A DNA stretch of 64,000 nucleotides, taken from NCBI RefSeq assembly GCF_039654945.1, contig NW_027361711.1, forward strand, positions 25,358,001 to 25,422,000, in the 5' to 3' direction. Positions 39,201 through 52,342 of this stretch are shown piece by piece. Each line of letters opens with the position of its first letter. The first letter of the stretch is position 1. The notes beneath the pieces were generated by a model. That model worked only from the letters and a program-made list of their open reading frames with translations, was not told where the DNA came from and ran no database searches. Position numbers and translations under genes: made by a program. The stretch comes from Dendrobates tinctorius. Lineage: Eukaryota.

Positions 39201-41908
39201 CATATGCCATTCTTGAATTTTACCATGTGTGCAAAGGTCCAATAATAGATTTTTGGTTGAGAGGCTCACAGCAGGGACTTCAATATGTGCTGCTCATGTA
39301 GTGTGAGATACTTCTCATGGTGTGCTGCAGCAGCAAATGGAATTTTGTAATCAGGCATGAAATTGTGATAAGTGCCAGTATACACACAATGAGGAAGAAC
39401 CATAGTAGCCAGACATGCCTAAGGTGCAATGTTCTATGTGCAACTGGACTGCATCTGTGCATGTCTGCGCCGGTCAGATGCATACCATGTCATAGAACCT
39501 CCAGCACACCCCTAATAACCCTGCACTACCAGAACAGTCACAGCAATGGATTTCTGTCTTATTTACTATCCCTCTGCGAATGCTGGACAGGTGCAGCCAA
39601 AAGGTCGGAAGTGGCCCAAGGGTCACATTTTGCTTAAACCTCACTTAGAATTCACTGAGACTCTGCAGTGTAAGTCAGAGCATAGCAGTTTTATATCACT
39701 GCATTATTACTGCTGCCCTTTGATAGAACTCAGAGTAGCATGAATAGAGTACACCCACTTAAACTCTGAAAGCCATGTCTGAGGGAAAGCATGAAACATG
39801 AAGGTCAAAAAATGACATAGCAACTAAAACAGGTAATATAAAAATGTATACTTGAGTTTCTACATTGTAATTTATTAACGGCATATACCAAACTATATAG
39901 GCAACCTTGCCAAAGTACTGCTTGAAGCCTAAGTAGAGAAAAAGTTTTAATTACAGTACTACAAGCTACAATTTTTATTTTTTGTCTGCTGTCAATAAGC
40001 AAAACGGGTGATCTAATTATGAAACTAGACTACGTCATGGTTCGGTCATTAGCTAAATTGCATAAAGCTCTTTATACTTATTGCAATGACTCATACATAA
40101 TAATATGCACAATAATGAAAAAATGATATAATACAATGATCCATAAATTAAATGTTTTGTCAGAAGACATGTAATTAAATAACAGCAGCAGTTGACTTTG
40201 GTCGACTTTGTATATGTTGTGATTTATTTGTATGATATGACTAAATATATATTTGTTAATCTGAACTTAAAAGGTTAGTACCAACATTAAAATTTTTCAA
40301 CTATTGAAAGGCTAAATCACCCGAGTGCTTTAACGTAACTCCTTGCCACCAAACTTCCCACCAAGTCAACTTTTGTTTTCATGTGTTCGTTTTTTCCCTA
40401 CCCTTCTTTCAAGTGTATTTTTTTCATTTTTCTGTCACTATAGCCATACCAGATATTGATTATTTTCTGGTCAAGCTATAGTTTTGAATTGCACAAATAT
40501 TTTTTTCCCATACAATGTACTTGGAAATAGGAAAGAAAATTACAAGACCAAATTCCCTGATTTGTTTTAAGGTTTTACTTTTTACAGTGTTCATTGTGTC
40601 CTTGACTTTAACATTGATGACCTATCCATTTGGATACGTCATCAAAGTCTGTTTTGGTGCAGCTCCGTAACTGAGCAGTTCCAGTTGCTGATTGGTGGAG
40701 GCGCCGGATGTCGTTCCCCCACCAGTCAGATATTGATGACTTATCCAAATTATAGGCCATCAACGTTAATGTCCTGGACAACCCCTTTAATGTTTTATTG
40801 TGTTTATCCATTGTGCTAAAAAGTTTGTTATAGCAAAGGGCTAAAAAAAATCAGCTACAGCAAAGCGCCTGCACCATACACCCACATCCAACATAGGGCT
40901 TATTATTATGTTCTATGCTGGAAAGGGATTACTTGAGTTTAAAAATATATAGTGTTTAACCCCTTAGTGACAGATCTAATTTGCAGCTTAACGACCAGAC
41001 CAATTTTTACAATTCTGACCACTGTCAATTTATGAGGTTATAACTGTGGAACACTTTGACGGATCCCACTGATTCTGAGAATGTTTATTCGTGACATATT
41101 GTACTTCATGAAAGTGGTAAAATTTGTAAAATATGACTTGCATTTATCTTTTAAAAAAAATGGAAATATGGCAACAATTTTTAAAATTTCACAATTTTCA
41201 AATTTTTAATTTTTATGCCCTTAAATCAGAGAGATATGTCACACAAAATAGTTTATAAATAAAATTTCCCATATGTCTACTTTACATCAGCACAATTTTG
41301 GAAACAATTTTTTTTGTTAGGGAGTTATAAGGGTTAAAATTTGACCAGGGATTTCTCATTTTTAAAACAAAATTTGCAAAACCAATTACTTAGGGACCAC
41401 CTCAAATTTGAAGTCACTTTGAGGGATGTACATGAATAGAAAATACCCAAAAGTGACACCATTCTAAAAACTGCACCTCTCAAGGTGCTCAAAACTGCAT
41501 TCAAAAAGTTAATTAACTCTTTACATGCTTCACAGGAGCTGAAACAATGTGGAAGAAAAAAAATTAACATTTAACTTTTTTAACAAACATTTCAGAACCA
41601 GTTTTTTATTTTCACCAATGTAAAAAGAGAAAGCGAACCACAAAATTTGTTGTGCAATTTCTCCTGAATATGCCGATACCCCATATGTGGGGATAAACTA
41701 ATGTTTGGGTGAACGGCAGAGCTCAGATGTGAAGGAGCACAGTTTGACTTTTTCAATGCAGAGTTGGCTGGAAAAGAGATTGGAGAGCTCCTGATGTGCC
41801 TAAACAGTGGAAACCCCCCACAAGTGACCCCATTTTGGAAACTAGACCACCCAAGGAACTTATCTCGATGTGTGGTGAGCACTTTCAACCCCAAATTGTG
41901 TCACTAAA

Positions 41909-42871
41909 TGTTAGGGCTGGCGGAACGCACCAAATAATAAAATAATAGTAAGGTGCGTTAGCAGCCCGGGGTCCACCATGCAGAGGTGGTAAGCTGCTGC
42001 TTAGCAATGGCAGATGTATGTAGCGGTATACAATAGGTCACACGTGGGTTAACATCACCCACTGTCAACAGGCGTGAACTCTGTTACGTCACAGAGCCGC
42101 AGTACCGTGGAACATAAATGTTGGAGCCTGTTAAAACACACATCGCTCAGCAAGAGAACGCTCAGCAAATGGTCACAGAACTCAGCCCCAAGGACACGAG
42201 GTCTGAGTCCCTCTAGACCTACTGAACATGCGGCGTTGCACCTTCGGACTCCTCTAATGGACGCTGACCACCAAGGAGTGCAGACTATGTGCACCGTGAC
42301 GTACAGACAAAGCCACCAGTGAATGCTGATGGCAGTCTCTGACTCGGCCTCTACCTAGACCTCAGCCTGGGCGCTAGCAGGCTAGGCTACACAACACATG
42401 CATACCAAGGGTAGGGGTTTCATAATGAGTCATTCACCATAGACATTCATACATGCATACAACACTCACTCCACATGGTCTAATCTTTTTCTATATTAGC
42501 ACATGGCCGAGCAGCCATGCGAACCTTTTATAGCAGCGTCCTTCCGGGACCTTCCTGATGGTCCAATCCAAGCTGGAGAAGGACCTGAGCATGTGACCTC
42601 CAATCTCCAATGAGAGATCGTCCCATGGGCATGCACAGTGGACCGAAAGGAGGACTTAGTCCCTGGAGTAGCTCTCTGCTGATCAGCTTGCATTGCTATA
42701 GCTGGACCAGAGGTGGCAGCAGCAACCAAACCCACAGAGCTGATCTGAGCAGAGCGCCAGGATCGATGAGTCTGCTGAGCAGCCTCCTCTGTGGCCAGAG
42801 AGGAATGGGAGACTGCCGAATGCAAGGCTCAGGATTCCTGCTGTGAAGCGACAGGAACCCGACGTCTAACA
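41909..42871 (-). mobile_element. Solo Gypsy LTR
   Basis: TGTTAG...CTAACA termini with 5-bp TSD CTAAA; related to the LTR at 46822-47623. Confidence 0.9.
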
Positions 42872-43554
42872 CTAAAGTTTACAATGTAGAGCCGTGAAAA
42901 TAAAAAAATCACTTTTTTCGACAAAAATGATCTTTTAGCCCACAATTTTCTATTTTCCCAAGGGTATCCGGAGAAATTGGACCACAAAAGTTGTTGTGCA
43001 ATTTGTGCTGAGTACACTGATACCCCATATGTGGGGGGACCTCTGTTTGGCAGAGCTCGGAAGGGAAGGAGCGCCATTTTGGAATACAGAATTTGATGGA
43101 ATGGTCTACAGGTGTCATGTTGCGTTTGCAGAGGCCCTGATGTGTTTAAACAGTAGAAAGCCCACACAAGTGACCCATTTTGGAAACTAGACCCCAAAGG
43201 AACTTATCTAGATGTGTTGTGAGAACTTTGAACCCCCAAGTATTTCACTAAAGTTTATAACGCAGAGCCGTGAAAATAAAAAATCATTTTTTTCCCCACA
43301 AAAATGAGTTTTTAGCCCCCATTTTTTAATTTTCACAAGGGTAACAGGAGAAATTGGAACCCAAAAGTTGTTGTAGAATTTGTCCTGAGTATGCTGATAC
43401 CCCATATGTGAGGGTAAACCACTGATTGGGTGCATGGTAGAGCTCAGAAGGGAAGGAGCACCATTTGACGCAGAATTTCTAGAATTGAGATTGGACGCCA
43501 TGTCGCATTTGGAGAGCCCCTGATGTGCCTAAACAGTGGAAACCCCCCCAATTC

Positions 43555-43977
43555 TAACTCCAACCCTAACCCCAGCAAACCCCTAACCCTAATCCTATCC
43601 ATAACAATAACCCTAACCACACCCCTAACCTCAACACACCCCTAACCCTAATCCAACCCTAACCACAACCCTAACCCCAACAAACCACAAACCCGAATAA
43701 ACCTTTAGCCATAACCCTAACCACAAAACCAACCCTAGCAAACCCCTAAAACTAATATCAACTCTAGCCCTAATAATCCCAACTCTAACCCTAATCTCAA
43801 CCCTAACCCTAATCCCAACCATAACCCTAATCCCAACCGTAACCTTAACCTCAACTCTAGCCCCAACCCTAACTTTAGCCACAACCCCAACTGTAGCTTT
43901 AGCCCCAACCCTAACTTTAGCCTCAACTCTAACTTTAACTTTAGCCCAACTCACTTGAGCCTAATTCTAACCCTAAT
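43555..43977 (+). repeat. Degenerate telomere-like (CCCTAA)n hexamer array
   Basis: Many ccctaa, cccaac and ctctaa variants in tandem. Confidence 0.85.
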
Positions 43978-45750
43978 GGGAAAATGGAAATTTTTTTTAA
44001 TTTTATTATTTTTCCCTAACTAAGGGGGTGATAAAGGGGGGATTGATTTACTATTTCTTTTTATTTTGATCACTGTGATGGAGTCTATCACAGTGATCAA
44101 AATGAACCAATAGGAAAATTCTCCTATTGTTGCTAGGTGCCAGCGGGCAGATCTCGGCGGGCGCACTGCGCATGCGCCTGCCATTGTCTTACTGGAAGAA
44201 GATATGCCATTTTCTTACTGGAAGAAGATGCTGGCAACCGTGGGGGGAAGCAGTTAGATCCAGGGACACTGGGAGGTACTGAAAGGGAATCGAGGACCCT
44301 ATTTCTCTCTCCTCTGATGTGCGATTGTGAGTAGGTTGGGGGTTGCAGTGAGGACAGGAGAGAGAGCAAGGGTTAGCAATTTTAATTAACACTGGAATAC
44401 TGCACGCAGGGAGGTAAATGGTTAGCAGGGGAGTAAACTGTTTAAAATATAAATAGTATGCAGACTTAAAGAACAGTAGAAAGGGTATTAAAAGTTCTTG
44501 TTGGGTCAACTTATCCTGTCAGACATTTTTTACGGCATGGTGGATCACAGAGCAGGTGATGATGCCCATAACGGCTGGTGGGACATATGTCCGATAAGGC
44601 TCTGAAAGTAACGATCATCCGTCTTCTGGTGGCAGTGATTGGTCTGTGGTACCTTCTGCTGAGACCCTAGCCCATATACTGATGTGGCCAAGGAAGTGTG
44701 GGCCACCGCACTGTCTGAGCCCACCATGGTCCAGTGGATGTGCACTGGGAAATCGGGGCACAGATAGCGGTCTTGCACCCGCTCTCTCTTAGGCAAGACA
44801 CACACTGAACTCACGGGCCCGGAGAGTTTGGCACGTCACTTCATAGTGACCAACAGGCACACTGCACATCTCTCCTCACAGTCTCTGTCAGCAATGGTGG
44901 CGATTCTCGGGTGCGGGCCTGCACTGAACTGATGCTCGAGGGTTGGAGCACTCATATCTGTCTGCTGCACACTGTCTGTTCCGGCCAAGACTCCCTGTTT
45001 CCTCGTGCGATGAGGCTGTGAACCTTTAGCCACACCTCCTGCTTCCGCTTGCAAGAATTGGTCCGGTCCCTTAAGTTTTCCCCCAGACAAAACAGGAGAC
45101 AGCCCCGACATTTTCGGAACCGACACAGAACAGTCACCCATGGCACAGTCCTTCTTCTTACGCGATCACATCAGAGGAGAGAGAAATTAAATGGGAATTG
45201 GCCCCAGTGCCAATTCCTGCTTCCTGTGCCCCTGCTCCTACCTTCTGTGACCCGCTGATCTGCTATAGCCATCCTCTCCACAGCCAGGTTCATCTGGACT
45301 ATAAGATGCACCCCCAAATTTCCTCCTAAATTTGGGGTAAAAAAAAGTGTGTCTTATGTAAAGATGAGTGAACATTCGCCAATCTCAAGTTTGGCACGAA
45401 CGTTGCACATTTGGATTCGCATTTGGGTACCCAAGAATTTTCCTCAAAATATGCAAAATTTGTCAAAACTTTAGTAAATGATTACGTTTCCACTAATGCT
45501 TTTGGACTTTGACTAGGATAGTGGTGCTGTATGATGTGCAGGTGGGGTGACATGTTTGGTGAGGAGAGGGTGATGGGGAGAGATTAGAGTGGCGGACTGT
45601 TATTTATTTATTTTATTTTTAATTAACTTAATGTGTGGAGAGTCCCCCAGTTGCCATGTCAGGGTGCAGAAACCATCCACAATGTCTGCCAAGGTCACAT
45701 GTCCCTCTCCTTATAAAACATGAGGCTTCGGCACCATTTTGTCAGTGTAA

Positions 45751-46205
45751 GGCTAGTTTCACATTTGCCTGTCAGGGCGCAGCGACGGCCTGCGCACGGC
45801 CGCCGCTAAGCCCTGCCCCCTGCCGCGCCTCCTCCCGTAACTCCACCTACCGGCGCATGACGCTGCATGCGTCCTGCGTCCCCTATTTTTATCACTGGGG
45901 ACGCAGGCCGTGTGCAGTATGCTTTTGGCGGTGCATGCGTCCTTTTGACGGTGCGCCGACCAGCACCAAACGCAACCTGTTGCAATTTGGTAGTGCTCGG
46001 CGCACCGTCAAAAGGATGCATGCGCCACCAAACGCATACTGCACACAGCCTGCGTCCCCAGTGATAAAGATAGGGGACACAGGACGCATGCAGCGTTATG
46101 CGCCGGTAGACGGAGTTACCGGAGGAGGCGCGGCAGGGGGCAGGGCTAAGCGGTGGCCGTGCGCAGGCCGTCGCTGCGCCCTGACACGCAAATGTGAAAC
46201 TAGCC
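45751..46205. mobile_element. Near-perfect palindromic Harbinger-type MITE
   Basis: TAA|GGCTAGTTTCACATTTGC ... GCAAATGTGAAACTAGCC|TAA; arms complementary almost to the centre (about 45980). Confidence 0.9.
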
Positions 46206-46299
46206 TAACAGCATAGTGCGGCTGCTGCTGCTGCGAGTAGTCAGAAAGTTAACTAGGCTATTTAATATCAGCTACTTCAGACAGATAGGATCCTGTTTC

Positions 46300-46821
46300 A
46301 AGTCAACCTTCCAGCATATCAATCATTTGTGCTAATTGTGTGCTCCAGCCAGTAGTCCACATTTCAGCATCTAAATCCTTTGTGCTAATTGTGTGGTCCA
46401 GCCACCAGTCCACATTTCAGCATCCAAATCATTTGTGGTAATTGTGTGGTACAACCAGCAGTCCACATTTCAGAATCTAAATCTTTTTTGCTAATAGCAT
46501 GGGCCAGAGAACAGGTCACATTTCAGAATATAAATAGTTTGTGGTAATAGCGAGAGCTGGGACAGACACCAGGCCATATTTCAGAATCTAAATCGTTTGT
46601 GCTTATATTGTGGGCCAGACACCAGGTTACATTTCAGAAACTAAATCTTTTTTATGCCAATAGTGCTGTCCAGACACTAGTCCACATTTCAGAATCTAAA
46701 TTTTTTCTGCTAATAGTGTGGGCCAGAGACCATCCACATTTCAGAATCTAAATTGTTTGTGCTAATATTGTGTCCAGACACCAACCCACATTTCTGAATC
46801 TAAATCCTTTCTGCTAATAAT
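46300..46821. repeat. Minisatellite of about 53-56 bp, about 10 copies, inside a hAT-type element starting near 45359
   Basis: Recurring ccacatttcag(c/a)atctaaatc...tgctaat...gtg motif. Confidence 0.8.
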
Positions 46822-47649
46822 ATGTTAGGGTCGGCGGAACGCACCAGATATAAAAAATAGAAGGTGCGTTTGCCGCCCGGGGCCCACGTGCGGTAGATGA
46901 TAAGACCACTGCTGGACAATGGCAGATACACCACTAGGTGAAGTACTGCGCTCGGGTTAACGTCACCCGAACGCTAAGAGCGGCTCTGTTCAGACACAGA
47001 GTCGCCTAACAGTAATTAACACAAAGGCGCTGGCCCTGTTAGCCTCACAGGATAACCAGCTGGTGGCGTTGCAATCTCAACCGCCAATGGACGCTGCTAC
47101 CACAGCGCGGCAATAACTACAGCCGCTAGACGACGGCGCCGGAAGGCCGGACACCGCCGGACGCTAGTGTGCAGTGCAGGAAGCACAGTGGCACTTGGCT
47201 TGCCACTAATGGGAGCTGACTATCATCAACACTCTGTCACCATTCGTAATATCAGAGGGAAGGGGTTTCTTAATAAGTCAGTCACCAGAACATGCATCCA
47301 TCACCATTCACCCTCAGCATAATATGCTACACTAGCGCATGGCCGAGCCGCCATGCGGGCTTTTTATAGCCATGCGCTTCCGGGAACTTCCAGCACCCTG
47401 GAAGAAACCAATCAGATCCGACGCAGGACCTGAGCATGTGACCCCTGCTCTCCAGTTAGAGGTCAAGTTGCGGGCATGCCCAGTAGCACGGCACGAGGAC
47501 TTAGCCTCTGGAGCGGTTCCCTGCGGAGCAGGTTGTGCTACCATTGCTGCACCAGAGGTGGCAGCAACATCCAGGTTCACAGAACAAGTCCTGCTGTGCA
47601 GAGCCAGAAATCCGACACCTAACATTACCCCCCCTCCTAGGGCCCCCCT

Positions 47650-50600
47650 CTGTGCCTCACTGTGCTCAAAGGCCGCGATCAGGAGCGGTGCGTGAATGTT
47701 TTCCATCGGCTCCCAGGTTCGAGCCTCAGGCCCATGACCCTTCCAATCCACTAAATAAAAATTTTTTGCCACGGACAAACCTGCTCCCTACAATGGCATT
47801 AACCTCAAACTCATCAGACAATAAGTCTGACGACCCAGCCGATGACTCAGAAAACCGGGCCATGTGAACTGGTTTGAGGAGGGACACATGAAACACGTCC
47901 AAAATGGCTAAATGTGGAGGAAGAGCCAGGTGATAGACCACTGAGCTAATTCGCTCGAGGACCTTGAAAGGCCCAATGTAACGTGGCGCAAACTTGGGGG
48001 ACTCGACCCGCAGTTTGATATTTCGGGTGGAGAGCCACACCATGTCGCCAGGGGAGAAGCTTGGAGCGGGTCGCCGATGCGTGTAGGCGGACACCCTCCT
48101 CCTTTCCTTAGAAGCACAGATAGCATCCTGAGTGCGGTCCCAAATGTCCCGGGCCTCCACTGCCCAGTCTGCCACCCTGGAGTCAGTGGAGGATACTGGC
48201 ATCGGGACAGGGACGCGTGGATGTTGGCCGTAGTTTAGGAGAAAGGACGTCTGACCAGTGGAATCAGCCACCGCATTGTTTAGGGCAAATTCGGCCCATG
48301 GTAGCAAGGATGCCCAGTCATCCTGCCTGGCAGAAACAAAATGCCGTAGATAGGTGACCAAGGTCTGATTGGCTCTCTCGACCAATCCGTTCGTCTCGGG
48401 ATGGACGCGTGGATGTTGGCCGTAGTTTAGGAGAAAGGACGTCTGACCAGTGGAATCAGCCACTGCATTGTTTAGGGCAAATTCGGCCCATGGTAGCAAG
48501 GATGCCCAGTCATCCTGCCTGGCAGAAACAAAATGCCGTAGATAGCTGACCAAGGTCTGATTGGCTCTCTCAACCAATCCGTTCGTCTCGGGATGGTAAG
48601 CGGAGGACAGATTTAGCTCGATGCTGAGTAAGCTGCAGAGCTCCCTCCAAAACCGAGACGCGAACTGGGGACCTCGATCACTAACGATTTTGTCCGGCAT
48701 GCCATGTAGGCGGAAAACGTGCTTGATGAACAAAATGGCAAGACCACGAGCGGAAGGCAACCGTGCGAGTGGCACCAAATGCACCATTTTGGAAAAATGG
48801 TCGGTGACCACCCAGATGACCGTACTGCCACCAGACTTGGCAGGCCAACCACGAAATCCATGCCAACCATCTCCCAAGGTCTATCCGCCACTGGCAGGGG
48901 ATACAGCAGGCGCGCTGGCCTCTGTCTAGAGGGTCTGCTCCGAGCACACGAGATGCATGCTTGCACGTATTCCTTGACATCTCGAGCCATATGTGGCCAC
49001 CAATATGACCTTGCCAGGAGTTCGGTGGTCCGTTTATTACCAAAATGACCACCCACCCTGGAGGCATGTGCCAGGTGAGGACCTCCGGCCGTAGCTGAGG
49101 AGGCAACAAGGTCTTGCCTGGTGGCACTGACTCGAGAGCCACTGGAGCCATGGTCGTAAAACTCTCCGGCGGGAGAATTAACCGAGGCTCAGCCTCCCCT
49201 TCCTCCACTGAAACCACCGAGCGTGAGAGAGCATCCGCATGGACATTCTTCTCTCCTGATAGATAATGCAGGGTGAAGCAGAAGCGGGAGAAGAGCGACC
49301 ACCTGGCCTGACGAGAGTTCAGGCGTTGGGCCGTCTGTAGGTAGACCAGGTTTTTATGGTCCTTGTAGACCTGGAAGGGAAACCGAGCTCCCTCCAGGAG
49401 ATGTCTCCACTCTGAAAAGGCCAACTTCATGGCTAGCAGCTCCCTGTCACCGATGGAGTAATTCTTCTCTGCCGGTGCAAAGGTCTTTGAGAAGAAAAAG
49501 CAGGGATGCTTCCGACCTTGGGCATCCTTTTGGAAAAGGACTGCTCCTACACCGACAGAAGAGGCATCTATCTCCAGTATAAATGGTTGGTTCACATCGG
49601 GACAATGTAAAATGGGAGTGCCAGCAAAATGAGATTTTATAGCCGAAAAGGCCTTGGAGACCTATTCAGTCCAAGCATTGGGGTAAGCTCCTTTCTTTGT
49701 GAGAGCAACCTGAGGAGCAACCAGTGTGGAAAAGTGTGGTATGAACTGACGGTAATGATTGACGAACCCCAGAAAGCGCTGCACCGCTTTGAGTGAATGG
49801 GGTTCTTGCCAGTCCATTACCGCTTGCAGTTTGGCTGGATCCATAGCCAATCCCTTGGCCGAGATGATGTAGCCCAGGAACGGCAAGGACTGACACTTTT
49901 CCAGTTTGGCAAAAAGGGAATTCGCCCGTAAACAGTCGAAGACCCTGCAGACGTCTCTCCGGTGAGTAGTCAAATCTGGCGAGAAGATGAGGATGTCATC
50001 CAGATAGATCACCACCGAGGTAGAGAGCATGTCGCGGAAGACGTCGTTGACGAAATCCTAGAAGACAGCTGGTGCATTGCACAGACCGAAGGGCATGACC
50101 AGATATTCATAATGGCCATCCCTGGTATAAAAGGCTGTCTTCCACTCGTCTCCCTCGCGAATGCGGATCAGGATGTATGCCCCCTGTAGATCTAGTTTCG
50201 TAAAGATCCGGGCCTCTCGCAACCTGTCAAACTGTTCAGAGATCAGCGGAAGAGGGTATTTATTCTTTACAGTTATGGCATTGAGACCTCTGTAGTCAAT
50301 GCAGGGACGTAACTCTCCTCTCTTCTTCTGAACAAAGAAGAATCCTGCACCAGCTGGCGACACCGACTTTCTGATAAAACCCCTAGCCAGGTTCTCCCGG
50401 ATATATTGTGACATAGCTTCTGTCTCAGGGAGTGATAGCAGATACACACAGCCTCTAGGTGGTTCTGTGCCTGGCATGAGGTCTATCGGGCATTCGTATG
50501 GACGGTGCGGCGGGAGCGTCTCCGCAGATTTTAAGGAGAAGATGTCCGCGTACTGGTGGTAGGGTTTAGGTAGTGCGGAAAGATCCGCAGGCACTTCAGT

Positions 50601-50969
50601 GGAAGCCACCTGAAGACTGCTCCTCAGACACCTTCCCTCACAGTCCTTGCTCCAGGCCAGGATCTTCCCTGCCACCCACTCGATTTGAGGAGAGTGGCAA
50701 CGAAGCCAGGGAACCCCGAGAAGTACCTGATCGATGCCATCTGGCAAGATGTGTAGGGACAGAGTCTCATGATGAGAGGGAGAGATAGAGAGGCCAAGTG
50801 GAGCTGTCTGATGGGTCACCTGAGAGGGTAACGGTGCTCCGTTAACCACCCTGATGGTCAGAGGCTGTGGTAATAGTACCAGGGGAATGGCGTGTTTCTG
50901 GGCGAAGGTAGAAGACATAAAGTTCCCCTCGGCCCCGGAATCCACGGTAAGCTCTGGTGGAGGACCCAC
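47650..50969 (-). pseudogene. Gypsy pol (protease, RT, RNase H, integrase, chromodomain), frameshifted
   Basis: [76 protein letters not shown]. Confidence 0.92.
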
Positions 50970-51929
50970 TGTCTAAGATGCCCTGGAATACCGGTTTGGG
51001 TGAGAAGGGTCTCATATTGGACTGCCCACCACCTACGGCCACTGGACGTGGACGTGTTTTCGCCCGCAGTGGACACGTGCTAGCCGGGTGACCAAACTGT
51101 CGGGCCAGATAGCAACCTACAGAGCTTCGCATGGGCCGTGGCTTTGAGCTGGTGCGAGACACCTCCATAGGTTCGGAGGGCGAAAGCTCCTGTGCGGGGT
51201 ATGTTAGCGGCTCGGAGAATGTGGGAGCCAAGTGAACCCTGCATCTGGATTGTGCCCGTTCCAGCCCGCGCTCCGTAAACCGGAGGTCTATGCGGGTGGA
51301 AACGGCAATCAATTCCTCAAGACTTGCGGGAACCTCTCTGGTAGCTAGAGCGTCTTTAACGTGTTCAGCTAACCCTCTCCAAAACACCGGGACTAAAGCT
51401 TTGTCAGGCCACTCTAATTCGGATGCCAATGTCCGGAACTAGACGGCATAATGGCTGACCGAGAGTGACCCCGTGTTAGAGATAGTAATTGGAGAGAGGT
51501 ATCGTGCGTGATCCGTTGTCCCAAAAAGACCTGCTTCAGGGCCGCGAGGAACTGAGCAGCACCCTGAACCACTGGATCATCACGTTCCCACAACGGTGTA
51601 GCCCACTGTAATGCCGAGCCAGACAAGAGTGACACAATAAAGCCCACCTTAGCCCGCTCTGTAGGAAAACGTGCAGCCAGTAACTCGAGCTGAATTGAGC
51701 ACTGGCTCACGAATCCCCTAGAGGTGGCACTGTCACCCGAAAACTTGTCGGGAAGCGGGAGGCGAGTAATTTTCGGCGTGGGCAAAAGTGCAGGCACACG
51801 TGAGACAGCCTCAGTGACTGTCTGAGCGGCAGCTAGCGCAGTATTCGCAGCTGGGTTGGCGCTCTCAATAGCCGCCAACCTGCTCTCCAGCTGCCGAATA
51901 TAGTGCTGCAACTGCTGCACGTCTGCCAT
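50842..51929 (-). pseudogene. Gypsy gag (PEG10/RTL1-like), frameshifted
   Basis: LPDKFSGD, RAKVGFIVSLLSGSALQWATPLWE, FWRGLAEHVKDAL and a degenerate zinc knuckle. Confidence 0.85.
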
Positions 51930-52342
51930 TACCAGCCAGACCCTGGCGCTAGTGTAATGGTAGGGTTGGCGGAACGCACCAGATATAAATAATAGAAGGT
52001 GCGTTCGCCGCCCGGGGTCCACCGTGCGGTAGATGATAAGACCGCTGCTGGACAATGGCAGATACACCACTAGGTGAAGTACTGTGCTCGGGTTAACGTC
52101 ACTCGAATGCTAAGAGCGGCTCTGTTCAGACACAGAGTCGCCTAACAGTAATTAACACAAAGGCGCTGGCCCTGTTAGCCTCACAGGATAACCAGCGGGT
52201 GGCGTTGCAATCGCAACCGCCAATGGACGCTGCTACCGCAGCGTGGCAATAACTACAGCCACTAGACGACGGCGCCGGGAGGCCGGACACCGCCGGACGC
52301 TAGTGTGCAGTGCAGGAAGCACAGTGGCGCTTGCTTTGCCAC

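Larger units (their letters stand above)
40960..44375. mobile_element. Non-autonomous piggyBac-like element with internal direct repeats
   Basis: Begins TTAA|CCCCTTAGTGAC; repeated blocks at 41600-41900, 42880-43250 and 43260-43550; right end (gcaagggtta) is approximate. Confidence 0.6.
46822..52342 (-). mobile_element. Gypsy (chromovirus-like) LTR retrotransposon, nearly full length
   Basis: 3' LTR 46822-47623 with adjacent PPT; 5' LTR from about 51957, cut at 52343 by a hAT terminus; order gag-PR-RT-RH-IN-chromodomain. Confidence 0.95.

Noticed and set aside
39280-39740. Cys-rich short ORFs suggestive of a zinc finger
   Set aside because: No consistent motif or splice structure; identity could not be established.
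43631-43954. VRVRV/GLGL-repeat ORFs
   Set aside because: Translations of the telomere-like hexamer array.
44540-45290. Possible Myb-like Harbinger remnant (RKQEVWLKV)
   Set aside because: Similarity is too short and degraded to call without a search.
45635-46216. 193-aa ORF and its mirror ORFs
   Set aside because: Produced by the GC-rich palindromic MITE.
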